Assembly (NCBI GenBank): GCA_965216785.1
Contig: OZ244197.1
Location: 1,440,001-1,504,000 of the forward strand
Origin: Thermodesulfobacteriota bacterium
GTDB lineage: Bacteria; Desulfobacterota_D; UBA1144; Nemesobacterales; UBA2774
DNA: 64,000 nucleotides
Direction of reading: 5' to 3'
The position numbers and the translations under genes are program-made. Below are positions 1 to 9,843 of this stretch, one piece after another. The number at the start of each line of letters is the position of its first letter. Position 1 is the stretch's first letter. The notes under the pieces were generated by a model. The model was not told where the DNA came from and searched no databases. It saw nothing but the letters and a program-made list of their open reading frames with translations.

Positions 1-2700
1 TTCCCTTTTCTCACCCGCAGAGGTTAATTCCTGTAACAGCGTAGTCCTTTTCTCCTTCAAGGAAGAAAGCTTCTCTTCACTATCAGAGACTATCTCTTCA
101 ATAGTTTTGATCTCATCCACCGTTAAGCTGTCTTTTTCGATATAGCTTTCTTTCTCCCGCTTCTTCTGTTCTATGCTCACATGCTCGTTCTCAATTCGTC
201 TATTGATATCATTTCTTCTATTCTCGATATCATTTATATCCTCATAGAGGTTCTTTTCTTTTTCGGTCAGAGACGCCCGCGAGATATTGAGGTTTGAGAT
301 TTCCCTCTCCATGGCCCTTTCCCTAAGCTCTCCCGCCTCAATTTTTTCTTCTATTGCCTTATATTTTTTCTCGAGCTCGGATTTCTCTGAATCAAGGCTG
401 TAAATTTTAGATTTTGTCTGATCAAGCGTTGCTAGAGTCTCTCGGATTTCATCGAGCGCTTCCTCCAAACCCCGGCTCACGGTCTCAATTCTCTTGTCGA
501 GTCTCTCCGTATTGTATTTAAGGTTATTAATATCTTTTTTGATCTCAGCCTCTTTAATTCCAAGCTCAATCAGCTCAACGTCGTTTTGCTTTACTTTAGA
601 TACCAGGCTTTCGATCTCATTGTTCTCAGATTCAATTTCACTTGTGAGCTTGGCGATCTCACGCTCAATTAATTCAATACTCTTTGCGAGCTGCTCAGTT
701 TCTCTCTTCCTTTCAAAAACCCCCGGTTGTGAAGCTCCCCCGGAAATCGCCCCGTTTGGTTGTACGCAGTCCCCTTCGGTGGTAACGTAGGACAGCCCGC
801 TGTGGTTCTCCTCGTTTTGTCTCAGGGCTTCCTCGATTGTGGGCGCAAGCACGACATTTCCAAGAAGACTGTCAAGAATCTGCGCGTCTATATCTTTTGC
901 CGACACTATCTCACTAAGAGATTTCATGTGCCCGCCAAGTGCTCCAGGGCCGTTATGCCGCCCCTTCTCACTCACAGAGAGGAAAGTCCCCCTACCGATA
1001 GCATTCTGTCTTAAAGTCGCTACAGCCTCAAGTGCCTTTGACTCTTCTTCCACGAGTATCCAGTTAAGCTTCTCCCCTAGTGCCGCTTGGGCTGCTTTTT
1101 CATATCCCTCAGGTACAGATATAAAATCCGCGACCGTACCCAATACACCCTGCCCTTTGTTTTCCACCATAAAATTCCTTATCCCCTCAGGCAGCCATTC
1201 ATAATTTGTCTCAATCTGCTTAAGCGCGTTTAATCTGGATGAGTTTTCTTTAAGCTCTTCTTTGTGTGATTCCAATTTCTCAGTTTTAATTCTGCGGCTT
1301 TCTTCAAGCGAGGTTTTTGACTGCTCTAGGCGGCTGTTTATTTCCGATACCCTCAGTTTTGCGGTCTCGTTCTCGCTCAGCGCGCCCTCAAGAGCCGAGA
1401 TTTCACTTGCGGTTTTTTTCTTTTCCTCGTCCAGCTCCTGAGACTCCCGCTCCATTACCTCTCTTCGCAGCTTAAGCTCTTCCACTTCTTTTTCGTATCC
1501 AAGCGCCTGCACTTTGAGCTTGCTTTCTTCATCGAGGGTGGCAAAGATAGTTTTCCTCGTCTCCTCGTGCTGAGCCCTTATGTCCCTGGACTCTGCTTTT
1601 AAGGTCAAAAGCTGGGCCTCTTTTTGTTCTATATCGGACTTAAGATTCTTTAGATCGCTCTCTACTTCCTCAAGCGTGCTTTTCTTAAGGCTTAAGCCCC
1701 TGTCAAGCGAGGAGCCTTCCTCTTTTAGTAGTTCAGACTCGCTCACCATCTTCTCAATAAAGGCATCTATGTTTAATATCTCAGATTTTATTAGATCCTG
1801 GGAGGACTTCTTTGACTGAAGCTCGGTCTTTGTTACATAGGTCTTTCTCTCTAGCTCCCCAATTTCCTCCTCTAGCGCCGCGGACTCTGAGTTAACTTTC
1901 TTGTGTTGACTTAATACATTAAGGCTTTCTTTCTCCAGGTTGGATATAGCTTCATCCGACACCGATTTGCGGCTGGTGACAGCCTCTTTTTTCTCCGTGA
2001 GTTTTTTGAGCTTCACCCTGTGAAGCTTAAGCTCAAGCTCCTTTGCCTCATCTGACAGTTCCCGGAACTCTCTTGCCTGCTCCGCCTGGAGCGAGAGTGT
2101 GTCCATCTGCCGTTTGACCTCTTCCGTCATGTCGTTGACGCGGCTCAGGTTCTCTTTGGTTGTTTTTATTCTGGTCTCAGTCTCTCTGCGGCGGATTTTA
2201 TATTTCCTTACGCCCGCCACTTCCTCGATCAGCGTCCTCTTTTCCTCGGGCTTAGCGGTTATCATCTGATCCACTCTTCCCTGCCCGATTACCGAATATG
2301 ACCGTGCTCCTGAGCCCGTATCGATAAATATATCAGTAATATCTTTTAGTCTGCACGTAACGCCGTTTAGGTAGTATTCACTTTCCCCCGAGCGGAATAT
2401 CCGGCGTTTTATCTCCACTTCCTCAAAGTTATAGTTCGGAACGTTCTCCAATACGAGAGCGACCTCAGCCATCCCCAGAGGTTTTAAGAGCTCACTTCCG
2501 TTCGAAATCAGCTCTTCCATGATCTCCGCCCTCAGCTGTCTGGGGTTTTGCTCTCCCAGTATCCATCTTATGGCGTCAAGGACGTTAGATTTGCCGCAAC
2601 CGTTCGGGCCCACGATGGCGCTCATTTCGCGGTCGAATAGTATTTTGGTTTTTTCGTAAAATGATTTAAAACCGTGTATGGCGAGAGATTTGATTTTCAT
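1..2700 (-). CDS. smc: Chromosome segregation protein SMC (partial, runs off the window start)
   Basis: Absent from the ORF track. Minus-strand translation from ATG 2700 reads MKIKSLAIHGFKSFYEKTKILFDREMSAIVGPNGCGKSNVLDAIRWILGEQ (Walker A), then coiled coil and hinge (GVLGTVADFISV...YEKAAQAALG; PNGAISGG). Confidence 0.96.
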   Translation of the reverse strand, partial: MKIKSLAIHGFKSFYEKTKILFDREMSAIVGPNGCGKSNVLDAIRWILGEQNPRQLRAEIMEELISNGSELLKPLGMAEVALVLENVPNYNFEEVEIKRRIFRSGESEYYLNGVTCRLKDITDIFIDTGSGARSYSVIGQGRVDQMITAKPEEKRTLIEEVAGVRKYKIRRRETETRIKTTKENLSRVNDMTEEVKRQMDTLSLQAEQAREFRELSDEAKELELKLHRVKLKKLTEKKEAVTSRKSVSDEAISNLEKESLNVLSQHKKVNSESAALEEEIGELERKTYVTKTELQSKKSSQDLIKSEILNIDAFIEKMVSESELLKEEGSSLDRGLSLKKSTLEEVESDLKNLKSDIEQKEAQLLTLKAESRDIRAQHEETRKTIFATLDEESKLKVQALGYEKEVEELKLRREVMERESQELDEEKKKTASEISALEGALSENETAKLRVSEINSRLEQSKTSLEESRRIKTEKLESHKEELKENSSRLNALKQIETNYEWLPEGIRNFMVENKGQGVLGTVADFISVPEGYEKAAQAALGEKLNWILVEEESKALEAVATLRQNAIGRGTFLSVSEKGRHNGPGALGGHMKSLSEIVSAKDIDAQILDSLLGNVVLAPTIEEALRQNEENHSGLSYVTTEGDCVQPNGAISGGASQPGVFERKRETEQLAKSIELIEREIAKLTSEIESENNEIESLVSKVKQNDVELIELGIKEAEIKKDINNLKYNTERLDKRIETVSRGLEEALDEIRETLATLDQTKSKIYSLDSEKSELEKKYKAIEEKIEAGELRERAMEREISNLNISRASLTEKEKNLYEDINDIENRRNDINRRIENEHVSIEQKKREKESYIEKDSLTVDEIKTIEEIVSDSEEKLSSLKEKRTTLLQELTSAGEKRE

Positions 2701-2737
2701 TTTATACTATGAAGCACTAGGTTAACAAAGAGTTTAG

Positions 2738-2779
2738 AAAATGTAAATCGGTAATGCCAAAATGTAAATCGGCAATGCT
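2738..2779. repeat. Tandem 21-bp direct repeat (2 copies) upstream of smc
   Basis: aaaatgtaaatcggtaatgcc / aaaatgtaaatcggcaatgct, 2 mismatches. Confidence 0.85.
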
Positions 2780-2851
2780 TAGTCAGGGTGGATGTGAAAA
2801 TGCGGATACGGAGTTTGTATAATAACGAGGGGCGTTATAACAGAGTATGTG

Positions 2852-5569
2852 CTATTTCTTAAATAGGCTCGACCAAAATCTTTTTTCTATCTTGGAGTCT
2901 TTACGCCCAGTGGTGTTTTTTCTCTTACGAGTGTTTATTAAGCGCAGCTCCCTTTTAACTTCAATGAAATTAGGGTCGATCTGAAGGGCCTTTTCATAGT
3001 TTTGTTCGGCTTTTTGTAAATCGTCACGGCCCTTATATATAGAGCCCAGGTAAAAATAGTTCTCAGCGATAGAAGAGTTTATTTCGATCGCTCTCCCGAG
3101 CTCCTCAATCATGTCATCTCCTGCGCTGTCCTTATCGTCAGACGCAAGGTACCTTGCCCATGCGTAGGCTCCTATATACGCCGCCTCATCCGGATTTATT
3201 TTTAATGCTTCCGCAAATTTGGCAGAGGCTTCTGTATAGTCTCTCTGTGTCAGGAGTGTTTGTCCCCTCTTAAATTCAAGCTCCGCTTCGTAAATTGACT
3301 GCGCCTGAGTCTTGAGCTCGAAGATTTGCTCCTCGGAATCATAATTTTCGCGTCTTTCACTGTCAGATAAGGTCTCGTAAGCAGCGCTTATAGCAGTGAA
3401 GATTTCCTGAGCTTTCTCACGGATATCATCGGGGATATTATGATTGACGTCCGGATGGTAGTCCTTTACCAGCTTATAATAAGCCTCTTTGATTTCGCTT
3501 TCGTCTGCATCCTTCGATACGTCTAATATCTGGTAGTAATCCTTTGAGGAGAGTGAGTTGTAGAACTCCAGTATCATTTGGGAAAATTCGTCCCCGACAT
3601 CAGTGTTGTCCTCACCACTGGCTGCCGGCTCATCCTTTGTAGGGACATCTTGCAATTCTATTTGAGACGCTTGATCAAAAGTATGGTCATTTTGCTCAAA
3701 TGTTGAGAATAGCTCGGTGTCCTCAATTGAAATTTCCTTTGGTGTATCTTGCATGGTTTGGCTTTTGGTTTCTGCTCCTTGCTCCGGCGCTTCTGAGTCA
3801 AGAGAGAATAAATCGGGAACTGTCTCTTGCGTATTTTCTTCAGGATTTATGTCCAATTCAAGGGGAGTTTCTCGGGTTTCTTCCACTTCTTCCTTCTGAG
3901 GACGGCTGTTCAGATCAAGGGCTATCCCAGTATCTTCAATCTCCTCATGCTCCTGCTCCGTATCATCGGAGGTTAAAGAGGCTTCTTGGATTGGAAGAGT
4001 TTTATTGCTCAGGGTGTCTTCCTGGATGTTTTGCGTTTCATCCTGATTAATTTCGTATAGGTTGTCGTTATCAAACCGCGTTATTTCTTCAGGTGCTTCC
4101 TCATCAGCAGGTTCAGTAGGTGGCTCAGCTTGGGGATCGTCCGCTTCGTCTTGACGAGGGACATTTTCATTCTCAGACACAGAACCCACTTTATCGGGAC
4201 TTCCCGGTATACCATCCTCTACGTCTGTCTCCTCTAAAGCTTCAGATAATTCGTCTGTATCTTCCGTAACTTCTGTAATGCTTTCTTTCGGACTCTCGAA
4301 ATGAGAAGGTTCTTTTTCTTCTGAGCTTTTCGAAATCCCGTTTTCTATTCCCCTCTCTGATTCATATACCTCTAGCTCAAGCTCTATAAACTCTTCATTT
4401 TCCTTCTGTATGTCGGTTTCTTCGTGAGCTTTATGCGTAATCTTATTTTCTCTCATGTAGCGCTCTACGGATTTTCTGCCTATCGCCTCAAGAGACACAC
4501 CCGGCAGCTCAATCGCCTTAAAAAGACCAAGCAGATAAAGCAGCTTCAGAGCTTCGTATTTCTCCAATCTTGTTTTACTCAGGATGTCTGTTACAGAGCT
4601 GTGATTTTTAAGGAGCTGTACCATCCTCAACTCCTTAGGTTTAAGCTCCATATTATTTATTATACTTTCCGGTTTGCTTGCCAATTTGATTTGAGGATTC
4701 ACTTCTTCTATCTTCTCTGCATAAACGAATCTTTTTACCGCTTCATTTAGCACCTTTGGAAGCTTCACGTTGTACTCAACTACTCCCTTGGGGAGCTCGG
4801 TCTCGTCTCTGAAGTTATATTCACCTCTTAAGCTGCAAAACCCTCTGAGCACTTTTTCCTCTATTTGAAGCTCCAGATAAGTATTGAGCTCATGAGGTGT
4901 GATAATCCCCATATCGATAAGCACTTCACCGAATCTCATTTTTCTTTCCCTTGATTTCTCCAGGACGTCTCTGTGCGTTTCAGCGTCAATCCTGCCGCTA
5001 TTTAAGAGTATCCGCCCGATCATGGTTTCTTTCTCACCACCCTCGGCGTATACCGGAGAGCCTTTTTTAAAATAAATGTTAAGCTCCGGCTCAGAGGATA
5101 TCGACAGGATGCCCGTTTTCTCTTTACGATAAATTTCTACAATCAAATGAGGATAAAAGGTGTATTCTAGATCACCATTTTCCACTCTAAGCTCAGTTTC
5201 CCCGGGCCTTTTTACCTTGGGGAGATTTGATTTGAGATAATCAAAGAGATTATTTATCTGACTTGTATCGTCGAGCATCAAAACCTGATTTTTCTCGATC
5301 TGGTTTTGCTCTGATTCATCTTGGTTAAGAGAGGTGAAATCAGGTATTGAGAACTCTTCTGAGTCTTGTATTTTAGTTATAAGCGCGGGGCTGATTTCCC
5401 TTTGGGTTATTTCAATAACACAGAGCGCGGGCTTATCTTCAAAAAGCCTGTCAATCCCTGCTTTATAGTCCATTAAAACTGTTACGGGGGTGTCTCTAAG
5501 CTCTAGAAACTCTTTAATGATATTACAGTAGTCTCTCTGTGAGCCTATAATAAGGACTTCGTTCAACAA
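2852..5569 (-). CDS. Multidomain J-domain protein: degenerate receiver-like N-terminus, DUF4388-like region, long acidic linker, DnaJ domain, TPRs
   Basis: J domain DYYQILDVS...AYYKLVKDYHPD...AYETLSD; C-terminal TPR helices (AENYFYLGSIY...YEKALQIDPNF); TTG start with AAGGAG SD. Confidence 0.8.
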   Translation of the reverse strand: MLNEVLIIGSQRDYCNIIKEFLELRDTPVTVLMDYKAGIDRLFEDKPALCVIEITQREISPALITKIQDSEEFSIPDFTSLNQDESEQNQIEKNQVLMLDDTSQINNLFDYLKSNLPKVKRPGETELRVENGDLEYTFYPHLIVEIYRKEKTGILSISSEPELNIYFKKGSPVYAEGGEKETMIGRILLNSGRIDAETHRDVLEKSRERKMRFGEVLIDMGIITPHELNTYLELQIEEKVLRGFCSLRGEYNFRDETELPKGVVEYNVKLPKVLNEAVKRFVYAEKIEEVNPQIKLASKPESIINNMELKPKELRMVQLLKNHSSVTDILSKTRLEKYEALKLLYLLGLFKAIELPGVSLEAIGRKSVERYMRENKITHKAHEETDIQKENEEFIELELEVYESERGIENGISKSSEEKEPSHFESPKESITEVTEDTDELSEALEETDVEDGIPGSPDKVGSVSENENVPRQDEADDPQAEPPTEPADEEAPEEITRFDNDNLYEINQDETQNIQEDTLSNKTLPIQEASLTSDDTEQEHEEIEDTGIALDLNSRPQKEEVEETRETPLELDINPEENTQETVPDLFSLDSEAPEQGAETKSQTMQDTPKEISIEDTELFSTFEQNDHTFDQASQIELQDVPTKDEPAASGEDNTDVGDEFSQMILEFYNSLSSKDYYQILDVSKDADESEIKEAYYKLVKDYHPDVNHNIPDDIREKAQEIFTAISAAYETLSDSERRENYDSEEQIFELKTQAQSIYEAELEFKRGQTLLTQRDYTEASAKFAEALKINPDEAAYIGAYAWARYLASDDKDSAGDDMIEELGRAIEINSSIAENYFYLGSIYKGRDDLQKAEQNYEKALQIDPNFIEVKRELRLINTRKRKNTTGRKDSKIEKRFWSSLFKK

Positions 5570-5592
5570 TTATATGTACTCCTTATCGGTGA

Positions 5593-7197
5593 TCAACCCT
5601 GAGAAGGGAACAGCGCAGCATTGGGAATGATTTCGGATTCTCTCCTGAGGTTCTGGAGCCAGTTCTGGCGTAGGTTGCTCTGTTGTCTTATCAGCTCCTG
5701 CTGCTTTAGAGCGTCTTTCTCCTGGTCGAATACCTCCTTATCAGCGCTCTGTTTTTCCTTTACAGACACAATATAGAAGTCGTCCTTATTATTATACAGC
5801 TTATTTGATACAACTGTTGATTCGTTTATATCAAATGCTTCTGATCTTAGACTCTCGTTATTTATATGTGGTACGTTTTCGAGACGCGAGAAGTAACCTG
5901 TCTCTAAAAGCTCTACTCCAAGGGATTTAGTTTTTTCGTTAAGCTCCTCTTTCTTGGCCTTGGTCAGCTCTTTTAGCGTTTCCTGAGCTTTTTTTCTCGT
6001 GATCTCCTTTGCCTTCGCGTTTTTAAGCTGCGCGGTTACCTCTTCATTAGCTTCCTCCATGCTTTTTGCTTTGGGGGGAACAATGTCCTTTACCTCGTAA
6101 ACCCACATTGAAGAACCCATGGAGACAATAGCTGTGCCGCCTTTTTCTTCTTCAAAAGCAAGTCTTGTAATCCTGGGCGGTATTTCCTTGAGTATATCGT
6201 CTTGGGTGAACGGCTCGCTTACATTTATGGTCTCTATGTTGTGTTCGGCAGCAAGCTCATCTATCGATTTGTCAGAGCCTCCTTCGGTTTCCAGCAGCTC
6301 TACGAAATCCTCACGTAACGCTCCGCCCCTCTGTGATTTAAGTACCGTTACAATCTGCTCTCTTGCCTCTTCCAACGAAAGCTTACCGCCGTCCTCGCTG
6401 GTAAACTCCTCAGGGTAAGCGTTGTAATACGCCGTTATCTCTTCATCTGATATTTCGATTCTGTTTTCAAAGTCCTCAGCCGTAATTGTTATATAACGAA
6501 TAGAGCGAAGCTCGTCTGTTTTAAAATTGTCCTTATTAGCTTCGAAGTGGGCTTTAATTTCTTCTTCACTCGGAGTGTAAGTGTCTATATACTCGCTACT
6601 GAGAAACGGTATGTAGTACAGGTTTACCTTTTCATTTTGTCTAAGGTAAACGTTGTAAAGTTCTTCCTCGGTAATAAGCGCCGTCTCGTATATGAAGCCT
6701 TCCATTTTCCTCGCCAAGAGCTCTCCCCTTAAGATGTTCTCAAACTCTCCGGGGTTTAAATTAAATATCTGTCTTATTCTTTCTCTGTATTGATCCTTAC
6801 CTATGAATTGACCGTCAACCTGAAACGCGGGTATGGATTTAATGAAATCGTTTACTTCCTGGTCGGATATGCGGAATCCTAGTTCTTTTGCTTTTTGTGA
6901 GAGGAGCTTCTCATCGATCATGAAGTTTAAAATTCTGATGTTTACGCGCTCGGCTTCCGCGGGCGATAACTGCGCTATTTGAGGGTTCTGCCGTCTGAAG
7001 TTATCTCTGTAACGGTAGAATTCAGTGAGCGGTATTTCCTCTCCGTTAACTTGCGCGGCGGCGCCTCCGGAAATAGCCGTCATATCCCTCAGACTGGTTG
7101 CTCCATATCCGAAACTGAATATAAATGCCGCGGCAAGCAGTAACAGTATTCCTTTTGTAAACCAGCTGTGTTTTGTACGTATTAAATCAAGACTCAT
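5593..7197 (-). CDS. ppiD: PpiD-like membrane-anchored periplasmic chaperone (SurA N-terminal domain)
   Basis: N-terminal TM, AAQVNGEEI, AKELGFRISDQEVNDFIKSIPAFQVDGQF; no clear intact parvulin catalytic motif. Confidence 0.8.
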   Translation of the reverse strand: MSLDLIRTKHSWFTKGILLLLAAAFIFSFGYGATSLRDMTAISGGAAAQVNGEEIPLTEFYRYRDNFRRQNPQIAQLSPAEAERVNIRILNFMIDEKLLSQKAKELGFRISDQEVNDFIKSIPAFQVDGQFIGKDQYRERIRQIFNLNPGEFENILRGELLARKMEGFIYETALITEEELYNVYLRQNEKVNLYYIPFLSSEYIDTYTPSEEEIKAHFEANKDNFKTDELRSIRYITITAEDFENRIEISDEEITAYYNAYPEEFTSEDGGKLSLEEAREQIVTVLKSQRGGALREDFVELLETEGGSDKSIDELAAEHNIETINVSEPFTQDDILKEIPPRITRLAFEEEKGGTAIVSMGSSMWVYEVKDIVPPKAKSMEEANEEVTAQLKNAKAKEITRKKAQETLKELTKAKKEELNEKTKSLGVELLETGYFSRLENVPHINNESLRSEAFDINESTVVSNKLYNNKDDFYIVSVKEKQSADKEVFDQEKDALKQQELIRQQSNLRQNWLQNLRRESEIIPNAALFPSQG

Positions 7198-7460
7198 AAC
7201 TATTATTACCCCGTTTAACTTAAATTTGTATTAAAAATCTATACCACTTGTACCCTAGTTTCAAGAACGCAGTAAAAGCTTCTCCGGCCCTTAGAGCGCG
7301 TTCATACTCTGTAGCGCCGGGCCTAGGCCCGTTTGCTGTGATTACCCCTTAAATATTTTATGCGGGCCGTGTATATTAAAGCCGGTATATATAATACCTG
7401 CTTCAATCTTATATTCGCTTCAAAAGGTGTATAGATTCAAATTTTATCCGCTGCTAAAGT

Positions 7461-7500
7461 GAGTCAATTATGATTACTGCGAGTCTTATATGATTACTGC
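7461..7500. repeat. Imperfect 20-bp tandem duplication overlapping the cofD start
   Basis: gagtcaattatgattactgc / gagtcttatatgattactgc. Confidence 0.8.
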
Positions 7501-8416
7501 TCTTGGAGGAGGCGTCGGAGCCGCGAAGTTTCTTGAGGGGCTGGCCATGGTTTGCCGTGATGAAGCTTTAAATATAATCGTCAACACTGGTGACGATATA
7601 ACTCTTCACGGTCTTAAGATCTCCCCTGACATAGATACTGTTGTCTACAGGCTTAGCGGAATGATAGACAAAAAAAAGGGCTGGGGGCTCGAGGGCGATA
7701 CATTTTTGTGTTTGGAAAATCTTAGAAAACTGGGTGAAGAGACCTGGTTTAATATAGGCGACAGAGATTTCGCGACTCATATATACAGAACGCATCTTTC
7801 AGCACAGGGACAAGTTGCCTCGGAGATAGCGTCAAAAATATCCAGGGCCTTTGGTATCGACGAGCGTATAAATATAGTCCCGATGACAGACACGGGGGTT
7901 GAAACCTGGATAGTCACGGATCGGGGAGAGATGCATTTTCAGGAGTATCTGGTAAAGAATCATATGGAGCCGAGCGTAATAAAGGTATATATAAAGAATA
8001 TAGACCACGCGCTCCCGCCCCCGGGCGTGATCGGCTATATCGAAGAGTCAAAGGCCATAATTCTTTGTCCCAGTAACCCGCTGATCAGCATCGGCCCCAT
8101 CCTGCACGTGAAGGGAATCAGAGACGCGCTTAAAAAATCCGATGCCAAAATTATTGCTATAAGCCCGCTCATCGGCGGAACGTCCCTCAAGGGTCCGGCG
8201 GATAGAATGATGAAGGGGCTCGGGATCGAGGTGTCTTCCACAGGGGTCGCCAGGCTCTACAGGGATTTTCTGGATATAATGGTAATCGATGAGCAGGACA
8301 GGGATGAAGCGCCAAAGATTGAAGAGCTAGGTGTTGATACCCTGGTTGTTAATACCGTAATGTCCGATACTGAAAAAGCCTCCGGGCTTGCCCGGGCAGT
8401 TTTGGGACTCCTATGA
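7490..8416 (+). CDS. cofD: 2-phospho-L-lactate transferase (F420 biosynthesis)
   Basis: LGGGVGAAKF, NTGDD, SPDIDTVVY, WFNIGDRD, HFQEY, PSNPLISIGPIL, LKGPAD motifs. Confidence 0.95.
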   Translation: MITALGGGVGAAKFLEGLAMVCRDEALNIIVNTGDDITLHGLKISPDIDTVVYRLSGMIDKKKGWGLEGDTFLCLENLRKLGEETWFNIGDRDFATHIYRTHLSAQGQVASEIASKISRAFGIDERINIVPMTDTGVETWIVTDRGEMHFQEYLVKNHMEPSVIKVYIKNIDHALPPPGVIGYIEESKAIILCPSNPLISIGPILHVKGIRDALKKSDAKIIAISPLIGGTSLKGPADRMMKGLGIEVSSTGVARLYRDFLDIMVIDEQDRDEAPKIEELGVDTLVVNTVMSDTEKASGLARAVLGLL

Positions 8417-8562
8417 GACCCCAAAATTTCAGGCTTGACAACGATATAGCATTTATGAGAGTATTAATGCGTCAATTTAAGGGGTGATAACTTGAATTGC
8501 ACGAATCCGAAGCGCTCGGGTTTGAATCTAATTTGCGGCTTTATATACTTATTTCATAGAAT

Positions 8563-9843
8563 ATGACTACATTTGAACGTGAATGGGAGAGTTTATTTTC
8601 AGAAAGCGGGTCGCTGGGAGTACTGGGACTATTGGGATACGACCGCGCAAGTTCAGCGACACTTCCCCCTGTACTTGAAGCAATCTTGGACAAAGCTTCT
8701 CTTGGCGAGACGATATGTAGGGAAGAAGCCCTAATGCTGGCAGATATGAAAAATGAGTATCTGCCGTATCTCCTTTTAGCCGCTTCCAAGCTCAGAGAAA
8801 GTGGTAAGGGCAGGATACTTAGCTATTCCAAGAACGTATTCGTACCCTTAACTCAGCTCTGCAGGAACCACTGCGGCTACTGTACTTTTAAATACGAGCC
8901 GGGAGAGGGTGAGCTGTTCATGACGCCCGAGCAAGTCGTGGATTCGGCCCGAAATGGCGCAAAGCTTGGCTGCACAGAGCTTCTTTTCGTAACTGGCGAC
9001 AAGCCCGAGCTTAAATACCCAGTATACCGAGAGGCTTTAAATAAGCTTGGCTACAATACTACTGCCGATTACCTGATCGCTATGGGCGAGGTAGGGCTTA
9101 ATGAGAATATATTCCCCCATACGAACCTTGGACTTGCTACCACAGAAGAGCTTTCCGCATTCAGGGAGACCAACCCATCCATGGGCCTTATGCTCGAGAA
9201 TATAAGCCCGAGACTTCTTCAAAAAGGACAGGCGCACTACCGCTGTCCCGATAAAGTGCCCAAGCAGAGAATGAAAACAATGGAGCGTGCGGGAGATCTC
9301 AGAATCCCTTGGACTTCGGGGATACTCGTGGGCATAGGGGAGACCTGGGAGGAGCGGATCGACTCATTTATCGCTATTAGAGATCTAAACGCCGAGTATG
9401 GTCACATACAGGAAATAATTATCCAGAATTTCAGCCCTAAAGAGGGAATAATTATGGAGAATTACCCTCCGCCCGAATTTACCGAAATGCTAAAGCTTGT
9501 AGCGATATCAAGACTAATATTCGGCGAGTGTATGAATATTCAGATACCCCCCAACCTGAACCCTGAGACTTATCCATTATTTATATACTCGGGAGTAAAC
9601 GATCTGGGAGGCGTATCGCCCGTGACGATTGATTACGTAAACCCCGAGGCCCCTTGGCCCGAACTTGAGAGAATGGAGAAACTGGTGAGCGAGGCTGGCT
9701 TTACTCTAAGAGAAAGGCTTCCTGTATACCCTGAATTTATAAACGAAGAGTTCATTGACCCGGAACTTTTGCCCAAGGTGCGGGCTTTTGTGGACGCAGA
9801 GGGTTATATGCCTCTTCAGGAGAGTGAGAATGGCAGACATTAA
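8563..9843 (+). CDS. cofG: FO synthase subunit CofG (radical SAM)
   Basis: YSKNVFVPLTQLCRNHCGYCTF, SMGLMLE, HIQEIIIQNF, IQIPPNL, GVNDLGGVSPVTIDYVNPEAPWP, LRERLPVYPEF. Confidence 0.93.
   Translation: MTTFEREWESLFSESGSLGVLGLLGYDRASSATLPPVLEAILDKASLGETICREEALMLADMKNEYLPYLLLAASKLRESGKGRILSYSKNVFVPLTQLCRNHCGYCTFKYEPGEGELFMTPEQVVDSARNGAKLGCTELLFVTGDKPELKYPVYREALNKLGYNTTADYLIAMGEVGLNENIFPHTNLGLATTEELSAFRETNPSMGLMLENISPRLLQKGQAHYRCPDKVPKQRMKTMERAGDLRIPWTSGILVGIGETWEERIDSFIAIRDLNAEYGHIQEIIIQNFSPKEGIIMENYPPPEFTEMLKLVAISRLIFGECMNIQIPPNLNPETYPLFIYSGVNDLGGVSPVTIDYVNPEAPWPELERMEKLVSEAGFTLRERLPVYPEFINEEFIDPELLPKVRAFVDAEGYMPLQESENGRH

Noticed and set aside
494-1819. Plus-strand ORFs in the track (and similar short antisense or overlapping ORFs throughout the window)
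   Set aside because: Shadows of well-supported genes such as smc; Ser/Leu/Phe-rich antisense composition with no motifs.
7270-7400. GC-rich palindromes between ppiD and cofD as an ncRNA
   Set aside because: Only short dyads (gggcctaggccc, ggtat...atacc); no coherent structure or family resemblance.
9755-9829. Longer N-termini given by the ORF track for cofH (also argB, fmt, rsmD, ackA, sulfatase, PA2779-like)
   Set aside because: Downstream ATGs match family N-termini and/or have better SD sequences and avoid long overlaps.
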